This document shows positions 10,101 through 20,600 of a DNA stretch of 54,239 nucleotides, piece after piece; position 1 is the first letter of the stretch, and the number at the start of each line of letters is the position of its first letter. The position numbers were made by a program, and so were the translations under genes. The DNA is from a virus (lineage: Duplodnaviria > Caudoviricetes): the IMG/VR virus record IMGVR_UViG_3300019937_000001, positions 1-54,239 of that record; one strand, given 5' to 3'. Under the pieces are notes generated by a model. It was not told the DNA's origin, did no database searches, and saw only the letters and a list, made by a program, of their open reading frames with translations.

Positions 10101-11774
10101 GATGATGAAGTTAATTTTAGAAATTCTATAACTTTAAACAATAGTTCATTGTCTGGTGTTCATAAAATTTCTTCAAAAACTTCAAACACATTTAGTTATG
10201 TTATTGGAAATACTAATGAAATTGAACCATATACTTCACAAGAATCAAATATATCATATAGAACAAATTCCAAAACAGAAATTGGAGAAATAAAAACATT
10301 TTCTCGTAAATCTAAGGGTTTCAATTACCACAAATTACCTTCAATAAAATCAGTAAATTCAGATTCTGGATCAGGAGCAATTCTAATACCAGAATCTAAT
10401 GAAATTGGAAAAATCAAATCTACAAAAATATTTGATATTGGATATGATTATTCAATTGACAACACAATAAATCCATTAGTCAAATATCCTTCAGTATTAA
10501 GAATAGAACCTCTTTCTAAAATTTCTTCTATTGGCATAAATTCTACCGGAGTTTCTTATAATACGTCACCAAACTTAATTTTGATCGACGGATTTACTAA
10601 AAATGTTGTAGATGATATTGTATTAGATTTTGATGTATTCGAACCGTCAATTAAAATTATAAAGAATACTACTGAACTTTATAATACAACTCCTATAATA
10701 ATCCCAACCAATAATACAAATGGTTTAAATATATCTTCGGTATCATTTGATTCTCTGACAAAAAAAGTTACCTTGGTTTTAAATAAACAGTTTTCTTTAT
10801 CTGATGTTTTTCCATTTTCTGTTGGAGATAATGTTATTGTTGAAGGAATTTCCATAATTCCTTCTACTGGAACAGGATTCAACTCTAAAAATTATAATTA
10901 TAATTTATTTAAAATTACAGATATAGATCCAAAATTTGGAGGAAGTGGAGCATTTATAAAATATTCTTTATCTGACTTATTAACCGGATCACAAACTCCA
11001 GGAACATTTGATTCCGAAAATTCTTCTGGAACAGTTACTCCTGAAAAATATTTCCCTAAATTTGATATTAGTTTAATTAAAAACTCTTTTGCTATTGGAG
11101 AAACAGTTAGATTTGGAACGAAGATTGGAAAAGTAACTGGATGGGACGATAAAAATGAAATTTTAAGAATAGAAACGGACTTTAAATATGAAGGAGAACT
11201 TGAAGTACAAAGTCTTTCTTCAAGTTCAAAGGCATTTATTAAAGAAACTGAGGAATTTGAGTCTTTTTATTCTATTGATTCTTCTTCCATAGTTAAAAAT
11301 GGTTGGATTGATAGTGTGGGATTTTTAAATGATGGATTACAAAAAATTTCAGATAATGATTATTATCAGTATTTTTCATATTCATTAAAGTCGGAAATAG
11401 ATTTTGATACTTGGGATGTAACTACCGACAATTTAAACCATACTGTTGGATTTAAAAAATTTGGAGATCTTCAAATAATTTCCGAATTAGAAGCAAATCA
11501 AACCGCAGGCATATCTACTCAGATTGTAGAACGTGAACTTGTTATTGAATTAAATAGTGTAGTGGATGTAAATTGCACTTTTGATTATGATTTAGTGACA
11601 GAAAATTCTTTAATTGTTGATAATGTTTTATCATCAAATCAAATAAATTTTGCTTCAAGAATTATTCAAGATTATTCGGAATCTATTGGAAATAGAGTAT
11701 TATTGATAGATGATATTAGTGAAGAATTTAATACTCAGATACCAGAAACCTTTGTAACATCATTTAATATCTAA
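4179..11774 (+). CDS. g7: Baseplate wedge initiator gp7-like giant structural protein, N-terminal part (2531 aa)
   Basis: Lies between g6 and g8. N-terminal NQLPLFVRENFP...KDFYSSKGT...ILFRVLFG and late DNDYYQYFSYSLKS...NHTVGFKKFGDL are gp7-like; also carries YHYH-like motifs. Confidence 0.8.
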   Translation: MNNTRIKINSVVENQLPLFVRENFPLVEEFLREYYKSLDLQGGVYDILQNIDKQIKVDNSSNVVESTSLEFAVNFLDNKVTVSSTSGFPEYYGLIKINSEIILYKKKTDTTFEDCVRGFSAISSYTNNEDFVFEDTLAESHSEGSTVTNLSVLFLKEFYNKTKKQFLPGFEGRSFYEELNTSLFLKNSKDFYSSKGTDEAFKILFRVLFGKNVSIIKPRDYLIQPSDAKYRVTRDIVVEEISGNVEELKNKTIFEKNEGEIKSFATVTDIEKIYRNRKYYYVLKLDSDFNKDVNVVGSVFGNFSITPKTKVVETVPLGSDTIIVDSTIGFPDSGILRYSGLSGNILISYSQKSITEFKNCTGITESIPSKSQVSLNPTNSYAYGISNDGSEIRFRINGVISNANADGIGKYYSENDTGKIISFGYNNDKDILSNNWIFNVSVNCQVNSLVDNQNFSYTITTFDNNNIYNNDDVEISYANIEGIRKTNIFKVVVPTGSEPQRTFRVNNFGENIKEVFSVRKVISKYEDKFVSDVLNVYKDTSKDNEIYVASNSLPNYDETTSPDYKIEIKNISNNTINFINHGYYSGDAVIYTFLSDATTKLNISSGIYYIKKIDEDNFKLASSKENIFFGKYLSIGNSNISAGNFISPLRFANKENLPGSIEPQKLIRKIEEPQTDGEINPTKKGTTGIFLNGVELLNYKSEDIVYYGPIESIDVIDEGEGYDVINPPKLVVSVGSGSSATGYCGVEGSLNKIEIVDPGFDYISNPQIKISGGGGSGAVAEANTIPIQNIINFNSTSTNTKIKPLNPLNEIGFSTSHRLRTGELVNYSSNGQSVIGGLLSGSNYYVRVLDDFSIKLYNNFTDSTKGQNEIDITGYGEGNHTIKSIEKKFTLGSISVINPGSGYKNKKITVNPVGVNTFTDTIEVYDHPYQSGEIIHYDFTGTSIAGLSTGNYYLTRIDSKNFKLSEVGVGTIAKDFYYATKQYVNFESSGVGTHIFNYEPIVVSIGGYVGASTSLQQDFNSVLQPIFSGNIKSIYVENGGVGYGSSEILNFNKQPLFSFESGSEAKIAPLVSGGKIVKVIVTNSGSNYKSPPKIIISGSGFGASLTPIIENGQLKEVKIINGGLNYTQNNTTLEVVPYGSGCKLNAQIKKWVVNKFNRFSKKFGSDESAVYKGLNPNYDLQYTHLNLPEVLRKKLFSKTIQDERVVFRTDLDNDNNTTKLHSPIVGWAYDGNPIYGPYGYTSTTNKTVKKITSGYSDAKDIGEGRPSSQIYEVGFFVEDYQYTADGDLDENNGRFCITPEFPNGTYAYFCTLDENNTPKFPYVIGKNFKSKPIDYNFEVFSGQDTFDFSNKFLLRNTYPYNSKSKNSSYDFIFENKNEYRVKNSKVEVTTKGSIDSIKIISGGQNYSVGDNLIFDEEGTEGTGAIYTVETVGGKKVNRIDLSSNVFEDVEFSNTGSNQKIIGFSTIPHNFSNGDEVNIISLSNNGPQLKGSFEVFVNQNKLLLTVGVGDSLTDGVLNYFSVNGNLDYPNIRENDVYTIDNEKIKVLNVDKKSRRIRVLRGYDGTPTSAHSGFTTIFENTRKFEIIPKLQGENYFSNKEIYFDPSESIGLGYTETTINFSNPGAGETSITIKPRSIFIKNHNLESGTLVIYNSNGGSPIFVSKTGITTFQLNENSEFYVTKLTDDLIGISTDKVGLNTNGEYLNSTETEGLLYFDSVGVGSYHSFKTKLDGAFSYNATKNIVTVSTATTHSLLENDFVVLDVISGIQTSYKIEYNDYYRRIIVNKAEFLASDVDTINSTIRIPRHNLITGQKVIYNSTLPSGGLDDNKIYYVVKYDENRIRLANSKYDSEKQNPSIVDITSSSVGTISPINPPIQIVKNSKLVFDVSDQSLSVFTGIERESSFNINFYNDKKLSDRLFLVDSDGNAKIRYTGKIGVDLTAKIELQIDSSFPNNFYYSLDPILFEKNKDEKIQIQIDDEVNFRNSITLNNSSLSGVHKISSKTSNTFSYVIGNTNEIEPYTSQESNISYRTNSKTEIGEIKTFSRKSKGFNYHKLPSIKSVNSDSGSGAILIPESNEIGKIKSTKIFDIGYDYSIDNTINPLVKYPSVLRIEPLSKISSIGINSTGVSYNTSPNLILIDGFTKNVVDDIVLDFDVFEPSIKIIKNTTELYNTTPIIIPTNNTNGLNISSVSFDSLTKKVTLVLNKQFSLSDVFPFSVGDNVIVEGISIIPSTGTGFNSKNYNYNLFKITDIDPKFGGSGAFIKYSLSDLLTGSQTPGTFDSENSSGTVTPEKYFPKFDISLIKNSFAIGETVRFGTKIGKVTGWDDKNEILRIETDFKYEGELEVQSLSSSSKAFIKETEEFESFYSIDSSSIVKNGWIDSVGFLNDGLQKISDNDYYQYFSYSLKSEIDFDTWDVTTDNLNHTVGFKKFGDLQIISELEANQTAGISTQIVERELVIELNSVVDVNCTFDYDLVTENSLIVDNVLSSNQINFASRIIQDYSESIGNRVLLIDDISEEFNTQIPETFVTSFNI

Positions 11775-11781
11775 TCCTAAA

Positions 11782-14700
11782 ATGGCAACAAAAGTACGCT
11801 CAAAAAAGATTTTTCTTAACGCAATTGATGAAAGATTTGCAAATAGAAAACAAGTTTCCATTATTTCAACTTTAAGTAATGGAAATGAAATTATTAGCAA
11901 TACATATGGCAAGTATTTTACGCAAGATGAAATAGGATCCTTTGATATTTCAAAATCTGGTAGTGTAGCATCTTTACAATTTTTTCCAATAGATGGAAGA
12001 ATAAATGAGTACACTTATAGTTTTTTATCTTATGATACTAAACAATTTGCAAGTCAATCTAGCGAAACTTCTTTGGGGGACATTGTAAGTATAGCATCAA
12101 CTAATGTCTCAATTGGTGCTGGAACAACTACAATAATAAAACAAATTCCTTTAGATTATAGTTCTTCAAAATTTATAGTAGAGCTTTCTTCTTCTAATTC
12201 ATTTTATGAATATACGGAAATAAATTTAGTTTTGGGTAACTCTAATGAAGTATTTACTTCAAATTTTGGTACTCTTTGCTTTGATAATGATAATCAATCT
12301 TTAGGATTGGGAACATATAGTGCAGAAGTTTCTGGGTCAAACATAAATTTATACTTTCATCCAGATAGTTCCTCCATTGGAAATATTTCAGCAAACGTTG
12401 TTAATGTTTCTTTGGCAAATACCAATTTTTCATCTGAAGGTTTTTCAGATCTCAAATATGGAAAATTAGAGTCAAAGAAGACATCAATATCTTCAAATCC
12501 AACACCAACTGCAACGGTAGTAGGATCTTATGATTCTCTTTACCAATCTTCTTACATTATAGCACAAGTAACAGATTTGACAAATAACGAAGTTCAAATA
12601 ACAGAAATTTTTGTTCTCAATAATGAATTGGATTCTTATTCTGTTGAATATGGCGGCGTTCAAAGTAACAATGAACTAGGAACATTTAGTACAAGATTAT
12701 CTGCAAACACAGAAATTCTTTTTACCCCAAACCCAAATATAGATGTTGAAGTAGTTTTATTTCAAAATTTACTTACATATATTCAAAGAGCACAGTTTCC
12801 ACCATCAATAGACCTTAAAAATTCTGAAATATCAACAGGATCTTCAAAATTTAATTCGGATGAAAAATTTAGAGCCGATTTTGATTTGAAGTATAAAGGC
12901 GATTTTATATTTGAAAAATTGTTTGATGGAGAAACATCTGGTATTGTAAATGTAAATGAAGATTATATCGTAATACCAAATCATTTTTTTGTTACGGGAG
13001 AAAGAGTTGAATATAGGTCTAATAATATAGATCCAGATTCAACTTTAAATTCAATAGGAATTGCTGCAACTTCTATTGCTGGTGTTGGAGTAACAGATAA
13101 ACTTTCGGGAGAATTGTACATTTATAAGGTTGATGATACTAAGATTAAATTTGCAAGTAGTGCAGAGAATGCTCTTTCTACCATACCAAATCTAATAGAT
13201 ATAAACTCAGTCGGGACAGGGAAAACTCACTATATAACATCTACAAATCAAGACGTAAAATGTATAATTGCAATAGACAATATTATACAATCTCCAATCG
13301 TATCTACTTCAACCACATCAATATTAAGAAATGATATTTCTTTACTAGACACAGTTTTAGATTTTTCAAACAATGTCGAATTTTTCTCCGGTGATCTATT
13401 TAAAATAGATGATGAAATATTTAAAGTTGAGACTGTCGGCGTAGGAAGTACAGGATTTGTAGAGGTTCAGAGAAATTTTCTTGGTTCTATTATAAATACC
13501 CACACTTCTGGATCATTAATAACAAAACTATTAGGAAATTACAGAATAGTTGGTAGTAGAATATATTTTGCTTCAGCACCATATGGAAAAGTAAAGACCG
13601 ATTTATCTTCAGAAAGTGGTGGAATAATTGTAGAAAACGAGATAAGTTCCACTTTCCACGGAAGAGTTTTTATAAGATCAGGTGTCCCAGACGGAACAGA
13701 AGAAACATATAAAAACAACTATTTGTTTGATGATATATCAAACACATTTGATTCCTCATCTAAAACATTTAATATAACATCAGGAAATCAAGATATTTCC
13801 GGAATATCTACGGACAGATCTATTCTATTGATAAATAATGTTCTTCAGATTCCCGAAGATGATTTCACTTTATCGGAGACATTATCATCCACTACTGAAT
13901 TGAATTTTACTGGATCTGGAACCTCGATATCATATGACCCAAATAATGCCAGCGTACCAAGAGGTGGAATCCCAATATCAATAGGATCAAGTGAAGGTTT
14001 TGGGTATCAACCACTAGTATCTGCTGGTGGAACCGTGATAATTTCTTCCGCAGGAACTGTACAGTCAATTGTTATTGGAAATAGTGGATCTGGATATAGA
14101 TCAGGAATACAAACAAATATTAAAGTTGGCGTTCAAACTTATAGTTCTGGAATTCCAAACATAGAATTTATTGGCACTGCAACTGTTCAGAATGGAAGTA
14201 TAAACTCAATATCTATAACAAATCCAGGTTCTGGATATACTTCATCAAATCCTCCTGACCTTATCATAGATCCTCCATTATCATATTCAGATATTCCCCT
14301 TCGATACTCTTCAAAATCCACACCTGGAATTGGAACTGAGGCAAAGATAGATATAGTTGTTGGGCAAGGATCTAGTGTAATAGATTTTGTAATTAAAAAT
14401 TATGGATATTCTTACAGGGTTGGTGACATTCTTACAGTAGATGTGGGAGGAAACACTGGAATACCAACAGATATTTCAAAACCATTTGAAGAATTTTCGA
14501 TATTAATAGATAAAGTAACTAAGGATAATTTTTCTGGATGGTCAGTAGGAAACTTACTAAAATTGGATAATTTTAGCTCTAAATTCAATGGATTGAAAAA
14601 AACATTTACTTTAACATTAAATGGAAATATATTTACTATAATTTCAAAATCTGGATCTAATATTGATACAAAAGCAACAATATTGGTATTGTTGAATGAT

Positions 14701-16056
14701 GTTATCCAAATACCAGACGAATCTTACATATTTGATGGGGGAAATACTATAACATTTTTGGAACCTCCAAATGAAGATGATAATTGCGAAATACTTTTTT
14801 ATAGAGGTACAAATGGAATAGATGTTGTTGACGTTGATGTTATTGAGACTTTAAAAGTAGGAGATTTCTTAGATATAAACAGTGATGATAGAAATTTTGA
14901 TGAATCATCTAGATTGGTTGAAAATATAAATTCTCCAACATCTGTCATTACAAACTTATATTCTTCTGTTGGGGTTTCTTCAAACTTAGAGTTTTTTAGA
15001 CCAGTAAATTGGTGCAAACAAAGAAATGATTTAATTATAGATGATACGAATATCACAAAAGATAGAATAGAGTATCTTCCAAATATAAATCCAGTGGCAA
15101 AAATAATAAAAACCATTGGTATTGGAGATACAAATATTTTTGTAGATTCTGTAAAAACATTTTTTGACTATAAAAATGAAAATCCTGCAAGCAGTGATTT
15201 TATTAATAAAATAGAAATAATAGAAGATTCTGAGAAAACATGTGCAATTTCTACCGCAGTAGTATCACAATCTGGAACAATTACTTCTATTGATGTTGTT
15301 GATGGTGGATCCGGATATTCACAACAACCTTCGGTAACTATAGCATCTCCAGTAACTGGCGTTAAGGCTACAGCAACTGCCAATTTATCTTCTGGTAGAG
15401 TAAGTTCAATATCAATCAACAATCCAGGATCTGGGTATTCAAATACATCTCCACCTTTAGTAATAATAGAATCTCCTACTATCAAAAAGGAAATTTTAAA
15501 TGGAGTATCCTATAGTGGAGATTTTGGAATTATTTCTGCAGTCAATACAGTTTCGGTTGGATATGCAGTGACTGGACTTCAATTTGATTTAGTAATTCCA
15601 GAAAATTCTGTCCTTAAAGATTCTAGATATTTAAACCCACCAATATCAGATAATTCTAGTGGAATACAGAGTTCATATTACTTTGAAGTATTTAATTCAA
15701 ATATTGGAAATGGAATAACTTCTTTGGATGAAAATGGATCTATAATAGGAATAGGGACCAGTTTTATTGATAATGTGTATAAAGTGGCTTCTATTTCTGT
15801 TGGATCAACACAAGCTTATGGAATAGGTCCAGTTTCATTAGTTAAAGTAGTTGTAAGTGTTTCAGATTATAATGGTATTGGCGCAGGATTTAGCAATTTT
15901 TATGGTGAATATAGTTGGGGACTTATAGAAACGGGTTCTTCAAAACCACAAAAAGAATTTTTAGTCAATACTGATTATGGTGTTGTTGGACTTAATAGTA
16001 CACCAACAATAAGAAGACTTAATTCTTTAAAGAATTCTGGTTACACAATAACCTAA
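11782..16056 (+). CDS. Large virion structural protein, probably the C-terminal continuation of the gp7-like protein (1424 aa)
   Basis: Starts 7 nt after the previous stop; Ser/Thr/Gly-rich beta modules and GSGY repeats; lies directly before g8. Confidence 0.75.
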   Translation: MATKVRSKKIFLNAIDERFANRKQVSIISTLSNGNEIISNTYGKYFTQDEIGSFDISKSGSVASLQFFPIDGRINEYTYSFLSYDTKQFASQSSETSLGDIVSIASTNVSIGAGTTTIIKQIPLDYSSSKFIVELSSSNSFYEYTEINLVLGNSNEVFTSNFGTLCFDNDNQSLGLGTYSAEVSGSNINLYFHPDSSSIGNISANVVNVSLANTNFSSEGFSDLKYGKLESKKTSISSNPTPTATVVGSYDSLYQSSYIIAQVTDLTNNEVQITEIFVLNNELDSYSVEYGGVQSNNELGTFSTRLSANTEILFTPNPNIDVEVVLFQNLLTYIQRAQFPPSIDLKNSEISTGSSKFNSDEKFRADFDLKYKGDFIFEKLFDGETSGIVNVNEDYIVIPNHFFVTGERVEYRSNNIDPDSTLNSIGIAATSIAGVGVTDKLSGELYIYKVDDTKIKFASSAENALSTIPNLIDINSVGTGKTHYITSTNQDVKCIIAIDNIIQSPIVSTSTTSILRNDISLLDTVLDFSNNVEFFSGDLFKIDDEIFKVETVGVGSTGFVEVQRNFLGSIINTHTSGSLITKLLGNYRIVGSRIYFASAPYGKVKTDLSSESGGIIVENEISSTFHGRVFIRSGVPDGTEETYKNNYLFDDISNTFDSSSKTFNITSGNQDISGISTDRSILLINNVLQIPEDDFTLSETLSSTTELNFTGSGTSISYDPNNASVPRGGIPISIGSSEGFGYQPLVSAGGTVIISSAGTVQSIVIGNSGSGYRSGIQTNIKVGVQTYSSGIPNIEFIGTATVQNGSINSISITNPGSGYTSSNPPDLIIDPPLSYSDIPLRYSSKSTPGIGTEAKIDIVVGQGSSVIDFVIKNYGYSYRVGDILTVDVGGNTGIPTDISKPFEEFSILIDKVTKDNFSGWSVGNLLKLDNFSSKFNGLKKTFTLTLNGNIFTIISKSGSNIDTKATILVLLNDVIQIPDESYIFDGGNTITFLEPPNEDDNCEILFYRGTNGIDVVDVDVIETLKVGDFLDINSDDRNFDESSRLVENINSPTSVITNLYSSVGVSSNLEFFRPVNWCKQRNDLIIDDTNITKDRIEYLPNINPVAKIIKTIGIGDTNIFVDSVKTFFDYKNENPASSDFINKIEIIEDSEKTCAISTAVVSQSGTITSIDVVDGGSGYSQQPSVTIASPVTGVKATATANLSSGRVSSISINNPGSGYSNTSPPLVIIESPTIKKEILNGVSYSGDFGIISAVNTVSVGYAVTGLQFDLVIPENSVLKDSRYLNPPISDNSSGIQSSYYFEVFNSNIGNGITSLDENGSIIGIGTSFIDNVYKVASISVGSTQAYGIGPVSLVKVVVSVSDYNGIGAGFSNFYGEYSWGLIETGSSKPQKEFLVNTDYGVVGLNSTPTIRRLNSLKNSGYTIT

Positions 16057-16062
16057 TAAATA
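16056..16062 (+). promoter_or_regulatory. Late promoter (ATAAATA) for g8
   Basis: TAATAAATA overlaps the upstream stop codon. Confidence 0.7.
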
Positions 16063-16081
16063 GTTTTAAAAATTTAAATAA

Positions 16082-17659
16082 ATGTCTGCAATTATTACTG
16101 ACCAATTTAGGATTTTAAATTCAGATACTTTTATATCTTCCGTAGGATCTACAAATTTTTGTTATTATTCCTTCATTGGGTTGACAAACTCTTCGGATTA
16201 TAAATCAGATTGGGACAATTCTCCACCAGCACCAATAGATTCTTTCAACTATAATAATGATGTATGGGATACTATTGTTGGATTAACAAGAATAAACTCA
16301 GATGATGTTAGGAAGGTTGTCAGAAAGATACGATGGGTTTCTGGAACCACTTATGACATGTACAAAAATGATATAAGTAGAGATCGACCAACAACATCAA
16401 ACAATTTTTCTCTTTATAGTTCGAATTATTATGTATTAAATTCAAATTATAGGGTTTATATTTGCTTAAATAATGGAGTCAATCCAGAAAATCCTGAAGG
16501 TAGACCATCATTAGATGAACCAAATTTTACAGATCTTGAACCAAGACCAGCAGGTGATAGTGGCGATGGATATATTTGGAAGTATCTTTATACAATAAAT
16601 CCAAATGACATTGTAAAATTTGAAACTGCAAATTACATACCAGTTCCATCGGATTGGAAAACTAATTCACAATATGCTGCCGTAAGAGAAAATGCAGCAA
16701 CTAGTGGGCAATTAAAAATGATTACCATTTCAAATAGAGGAAGTGGTCTTGGAAATATACCTCAAACGTACTCTGACATTGATATTGTTGGGGACGGAAC
16801 TGGGGGAAAAGCTACCGTTGTTGTGGGTGAAGATTTTACAATAGAATCTGTTGAAGTCACTTCTGGAGGATCTGGATATACATTTGGATCTTTGGATTTA
16901 AGTTCAGGAGGTCTTCTGGTAGACAGTTCTTCAACATCTCCAGTTTTCAATGTAATCATTCCCCCTCCAGGTGGACATGGAAGTGACATTTATAGAGAGC
17001 TTGGTGCATTCAGTGTTTTATTGTATAGTAGAATTGAGAACGATGATCAGAATCCAAACTTTATTACAGGAAATAAAGTAGCAAGAATTGGAATAATAAA
17101 AAATCCAAGAAAACCGGGTTCCGAAGATTTGTTATCAGACAATAAAATTAGTGGAACAAAAGCATTAAAATTAAAAGGTGTATTAAATTCTAATGATTTT
17201 CAAAATACAACATTTACACAAAATTCTCAAATAACTCAAACTATCGGAACAGGAAAAACGGCAGTAGGAAGAGTTATTTCATATGATAACAACACTGGTG
17301 TTCTTAAATATTGGCAGGATAGATCATTATCTGGTTTTAATACTGCTTCATTAATTCAAAGCACACAAACGCCAGAATATGGATATAATGCATATTCTTT
17401 CACATCTACTCCGGAAGCAGGAGGATCGGTAGAAATTATTGGAGGAACTAAAACACTAGGTATTGATACCGGATTTAGTGGTCTGACTACGGTCATAAAT
17501 AATACGACTACCTATAATCTGGGACAAGAGTTTGATTCTGGCTTATCCGATCCTGAAGTAGAAAAATATTCTGGGGATATTATCTATATTGATAATAGAC
17601 CTTCTATTACAAGATCAGCCAATCAAAAAGAAGATATCAAGGTTATTTTACAATTTTAA
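16082..17659 (+). CDS. g8: Baseplate wedge subunit gp8
   Basis: MSAIITDQFRILN, WVSGTTYDMY, YRVYICLNNG, DGYIWKYLYTI and SGDIIYIDNRPSITRSANQKEDIKVILQF are gp8 motifs. Confidence 0.9.
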   Translation: MSAIITDQFRILNSDTFISSVGSTNFCYYSFIGLTNSSDYKSDWDNSPPAPIDSFNYNNDVWDTIVGLTRINSDDVRKVVRKIRWVSGTTYDMYKNDISRDRPTTSNNFSLYSSNYYVLNSNYRVYICLNNGVNPENPEGRPSLDEPNFTDLEPRPAGDSGDGYIWKYLYTINPNDIVKFETANYIPVPSDWKTNSQYAAVRENAATSGQLKMITISNRGSGLGNIPQTYSDIDIVGDGTGGKATVVVGEDFTIESVEVTSGGSGYTFGSLDLSSGGLLVDSSSTSPVFNVIIPPPGGHGSDIYRELGAFSVLLYSRIENDDQNPNFITGNKVARIGIIKNPRKPGSEDLLSDNKISGTKALKLKGVLNSNDFQNTTFTQNSQITQTIGTGKTAVGRVISYDNNTGVLKYWQDRSLSGFNTASLIQSTQTPEYGYNAYSFTSTPEAGGSVEIIGGTKTLGIDTGFSGLTTVINNTTTYNLGQEFDSGLSDPEVEKYSGDIIYIDNRPSITRSANQKEDIKVILQF

Positions 17660-17669
17660 GTAAAAAATC

Positions 17670-20600
17670 ATGCCACAGGAAACTAACTTAAACGTATATC
17701 CATATTTTGACGATTATGATCCTTCTGATAAGGATTTTCATAGAGTATTGTTTAAACCAGGTTATCCTGTTCAAGCTAGGGAATTGACTACATTACAGTC
17801 AATCTTACAGTCCCAAATTGAAAGATTTGGGACTCATATTTTTACTGATGGATCAAAAGTTCTTGGTGGGGAATTATCCTATAATAATAGACTTGAATAT
17901 GTAATTGTTGAAAATGATTATTTTGGGGTAGATGTTCAAATATATTTGAACTTTTTAAATGGAGCAGTAATAGTAGGAAGAACAAGTGGAGTAAGAGCTG
18001 AGATAATTTTTTCTCTTTCAAAACAAAATTCTTTTATTGGAAATGCCACAATATATGTAAAATATTTAAGTCCAGGAACAGATGCAAATAAAAGTGAAAG
18101 ATTTATAGATGGAGAAATTCTAGAAGTAGAAAGCGATCAACCAAATCTAGATGATGAAGAAGAAGGTGCAATTATTGTAGATGGAATACAAAGGTTTTTG
18201 TCTGCAGGTGAAGGATTTTGCCTTACAAGGAATGAAAATTCTACTGGACGTGCATCTTCGGCAAAAATAGAATCTGGTGTTTTCTTTATTAGAGGATATT
18301 TTATAAATGTTGGCGAATCTACAATACTTTTGGATCCATATAGCAGCATAAGTAATTATAAAGTAGGTTTAAGAATTCAAGAAAGAATTATAAATTCTGA
18401 TGAAGATTCTTCTTTGAACGATAATGCAAATGGATTCTCAAATTATACTGCACCAGGTGCAGATAGATTCCAAATATTTGCGTACTTAGATAAAAAAGAA
18501 TTAAATGATGTAGAAACAAATGATTTTGTCACTTTAAGTGAAATAAGAGATGGTGAAGAAATATCTTCAAGAAATTTACCTCGATATAATGAACTTGCAA
18601 ATGAATTTGCAAGAAGAACTTTTGATGAATCTGGAAATTATTACGTAAAATCTCCAAATTTATCGATAAGAGAAACTTTAAATGATTTAAAAGGTAATAA
18701 TGGAATCTTTACAAGTGATAAAAAAACTTATAACGGAAATACTCCAAGCGAAAGTTTAGGAACTTATGTAATATCCCCAACAAAAGCTTATGTGATGGGA
18801 TATGAAATAAAAACAATAGGATCAACATACATTGATTTTAAAAAACCAAGAACTGCAAAAAATTTACAAAATCAAAGTGTAAATTACTTTACTGGACCAA
18901 CATATACTCTCAACAATGTATATGGATCGCCAAAAATTGGTTTTTCTGATTATTTTGTAAGTTTACATTTGGATAGGGTAGGATCTGATAAAAATTTGCC
19001 CGGAGGAAAGGAAATTGGAATTGCAAGAGTTTATGATTTTGCTCTAGAATCTGGATCTTACGACACAACAAACCCAGAATCTAATCAATGGGATTTATCT
19101 CTTTATGACATTCAAACATACACAGAAATTACTTTAAACGAACCAATTACTTTAACTGTTCCCACACAAATAAAAGGAAATTCTAGTGGAGCTATTGGTT
19201 ACATTAGAAATGATGTTAATAATTCTGGAATTATAACCGCATACAGCATTAGCGGAAAATTCTCTATTGGGGAAAGTTTTACTATTGATGGAATAAGAAA
19301 TAGTAGAATTTCTACTGCGGTAAATTCATATGGATCAAGTGACGTAAAATCTCTTTATGGAATTGTTGGTTCCGCTTATACCTTTACGGCAGACGTAAAG
19401 CAATCAATATCTTCTGATTTTGGATTTGTTTCTATAAGTGAAGGAACCTCGGGAGTTAGCACAGTAACTTCTGCCGATGTAGTATTTACAAATTCGGTAA
19501 AACCCAATTCTGTTGTAGCATATACAAATCCAGGGAATAGTCTACCAACATTTTCCAAAGTACTTACAGTAACTGCGTCAAGTTTAACAATACAAGCAGT
19601 TACTTCTGTTGCAGGAGTTTGTGATGGAAATCTTCCAACCACAAGTATAACTCCATCGGATTTTAGAGTTTTAGGATCCAAATTCCAAAGTTCTGAGGAT
19701 AATACATTATATACTAATTTACCAAAACCCAACGTTAAATCCGTTGATTTTACGGGGTCTGATTTAACAATAAGAAAACAATTTACTGTTTCTGTTTCCG
19801 GAGGATCTTTCAGCGTAAGTGCAGATCCAAATGAAACTTTCTTGCCATTTGATGAAGAAAGATATTGCTTAGTAAATGAAAATGGTTCTACTGAAGAACT
19901 TACGCAAGATAAGATTACATTTTCTTCGGGATCTTCACAATTGACAATTAGTGGATTAAGCAATAATGGAAATGCAAAATTAATTGCAACTCTCAGAAAA
20001 GTAAATGTAACTTCAAAAATTAAATCAAAAAATAACATAAATTCTATAATTATAAGCAAATCAAAATATGAATCTTCCGGAATTGGATCAACAACTTTAA
20101 ATGACGGACTGGAATATGGAAACTATCCATATGGTACAAGAGTGCAGGATGAAGAAATTTCTTTAAATGAATCTGATGTGGTAAGAATTTTGGGAATTTA
20201 TGAATCTAGCGATGTCGATGATCCAGAGATTCCAAAAATTGTTTTTTCATCTTTGAATGGTCCATCCGGAAATACCCAAGATTTAATACTCGGAGAAGAA
20301 TTTATTGGTGCAGAGAGTAATGCTACCGGAGTTTTTGTTGAAAGAAATTCAAACTTAGAGATTTTCTATACTAAATTGTCATCAAATTCAATTATCCCCG
20401 GAGAAATATTGAAGTTTAAAACTTCTGGAGTAAATGCTGCGGTTTCTTCAATAGATTCTGAGAATAATGATGTAACAAACAATTATACATTTAACAATCA
20501 ACAAAAAAATACAATATATGACTATTCAAAAATAGTAAGAAAAGTTTCAAAAAAAGAACCAAAGAGAAAGTTAAAAGTAATATTTGAGTCTTCATCAGTT

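Noticed and set aside
19376-20059. 227 aa minus-strand ORF and similar long antisense ORFs (14799, 15168, 21737, 27470, 29689, 35897, 44382, 52419)
   Set aside because: They lie wholly or almost wholly opposite well-supported + strand genes and show no recognisable motifs.
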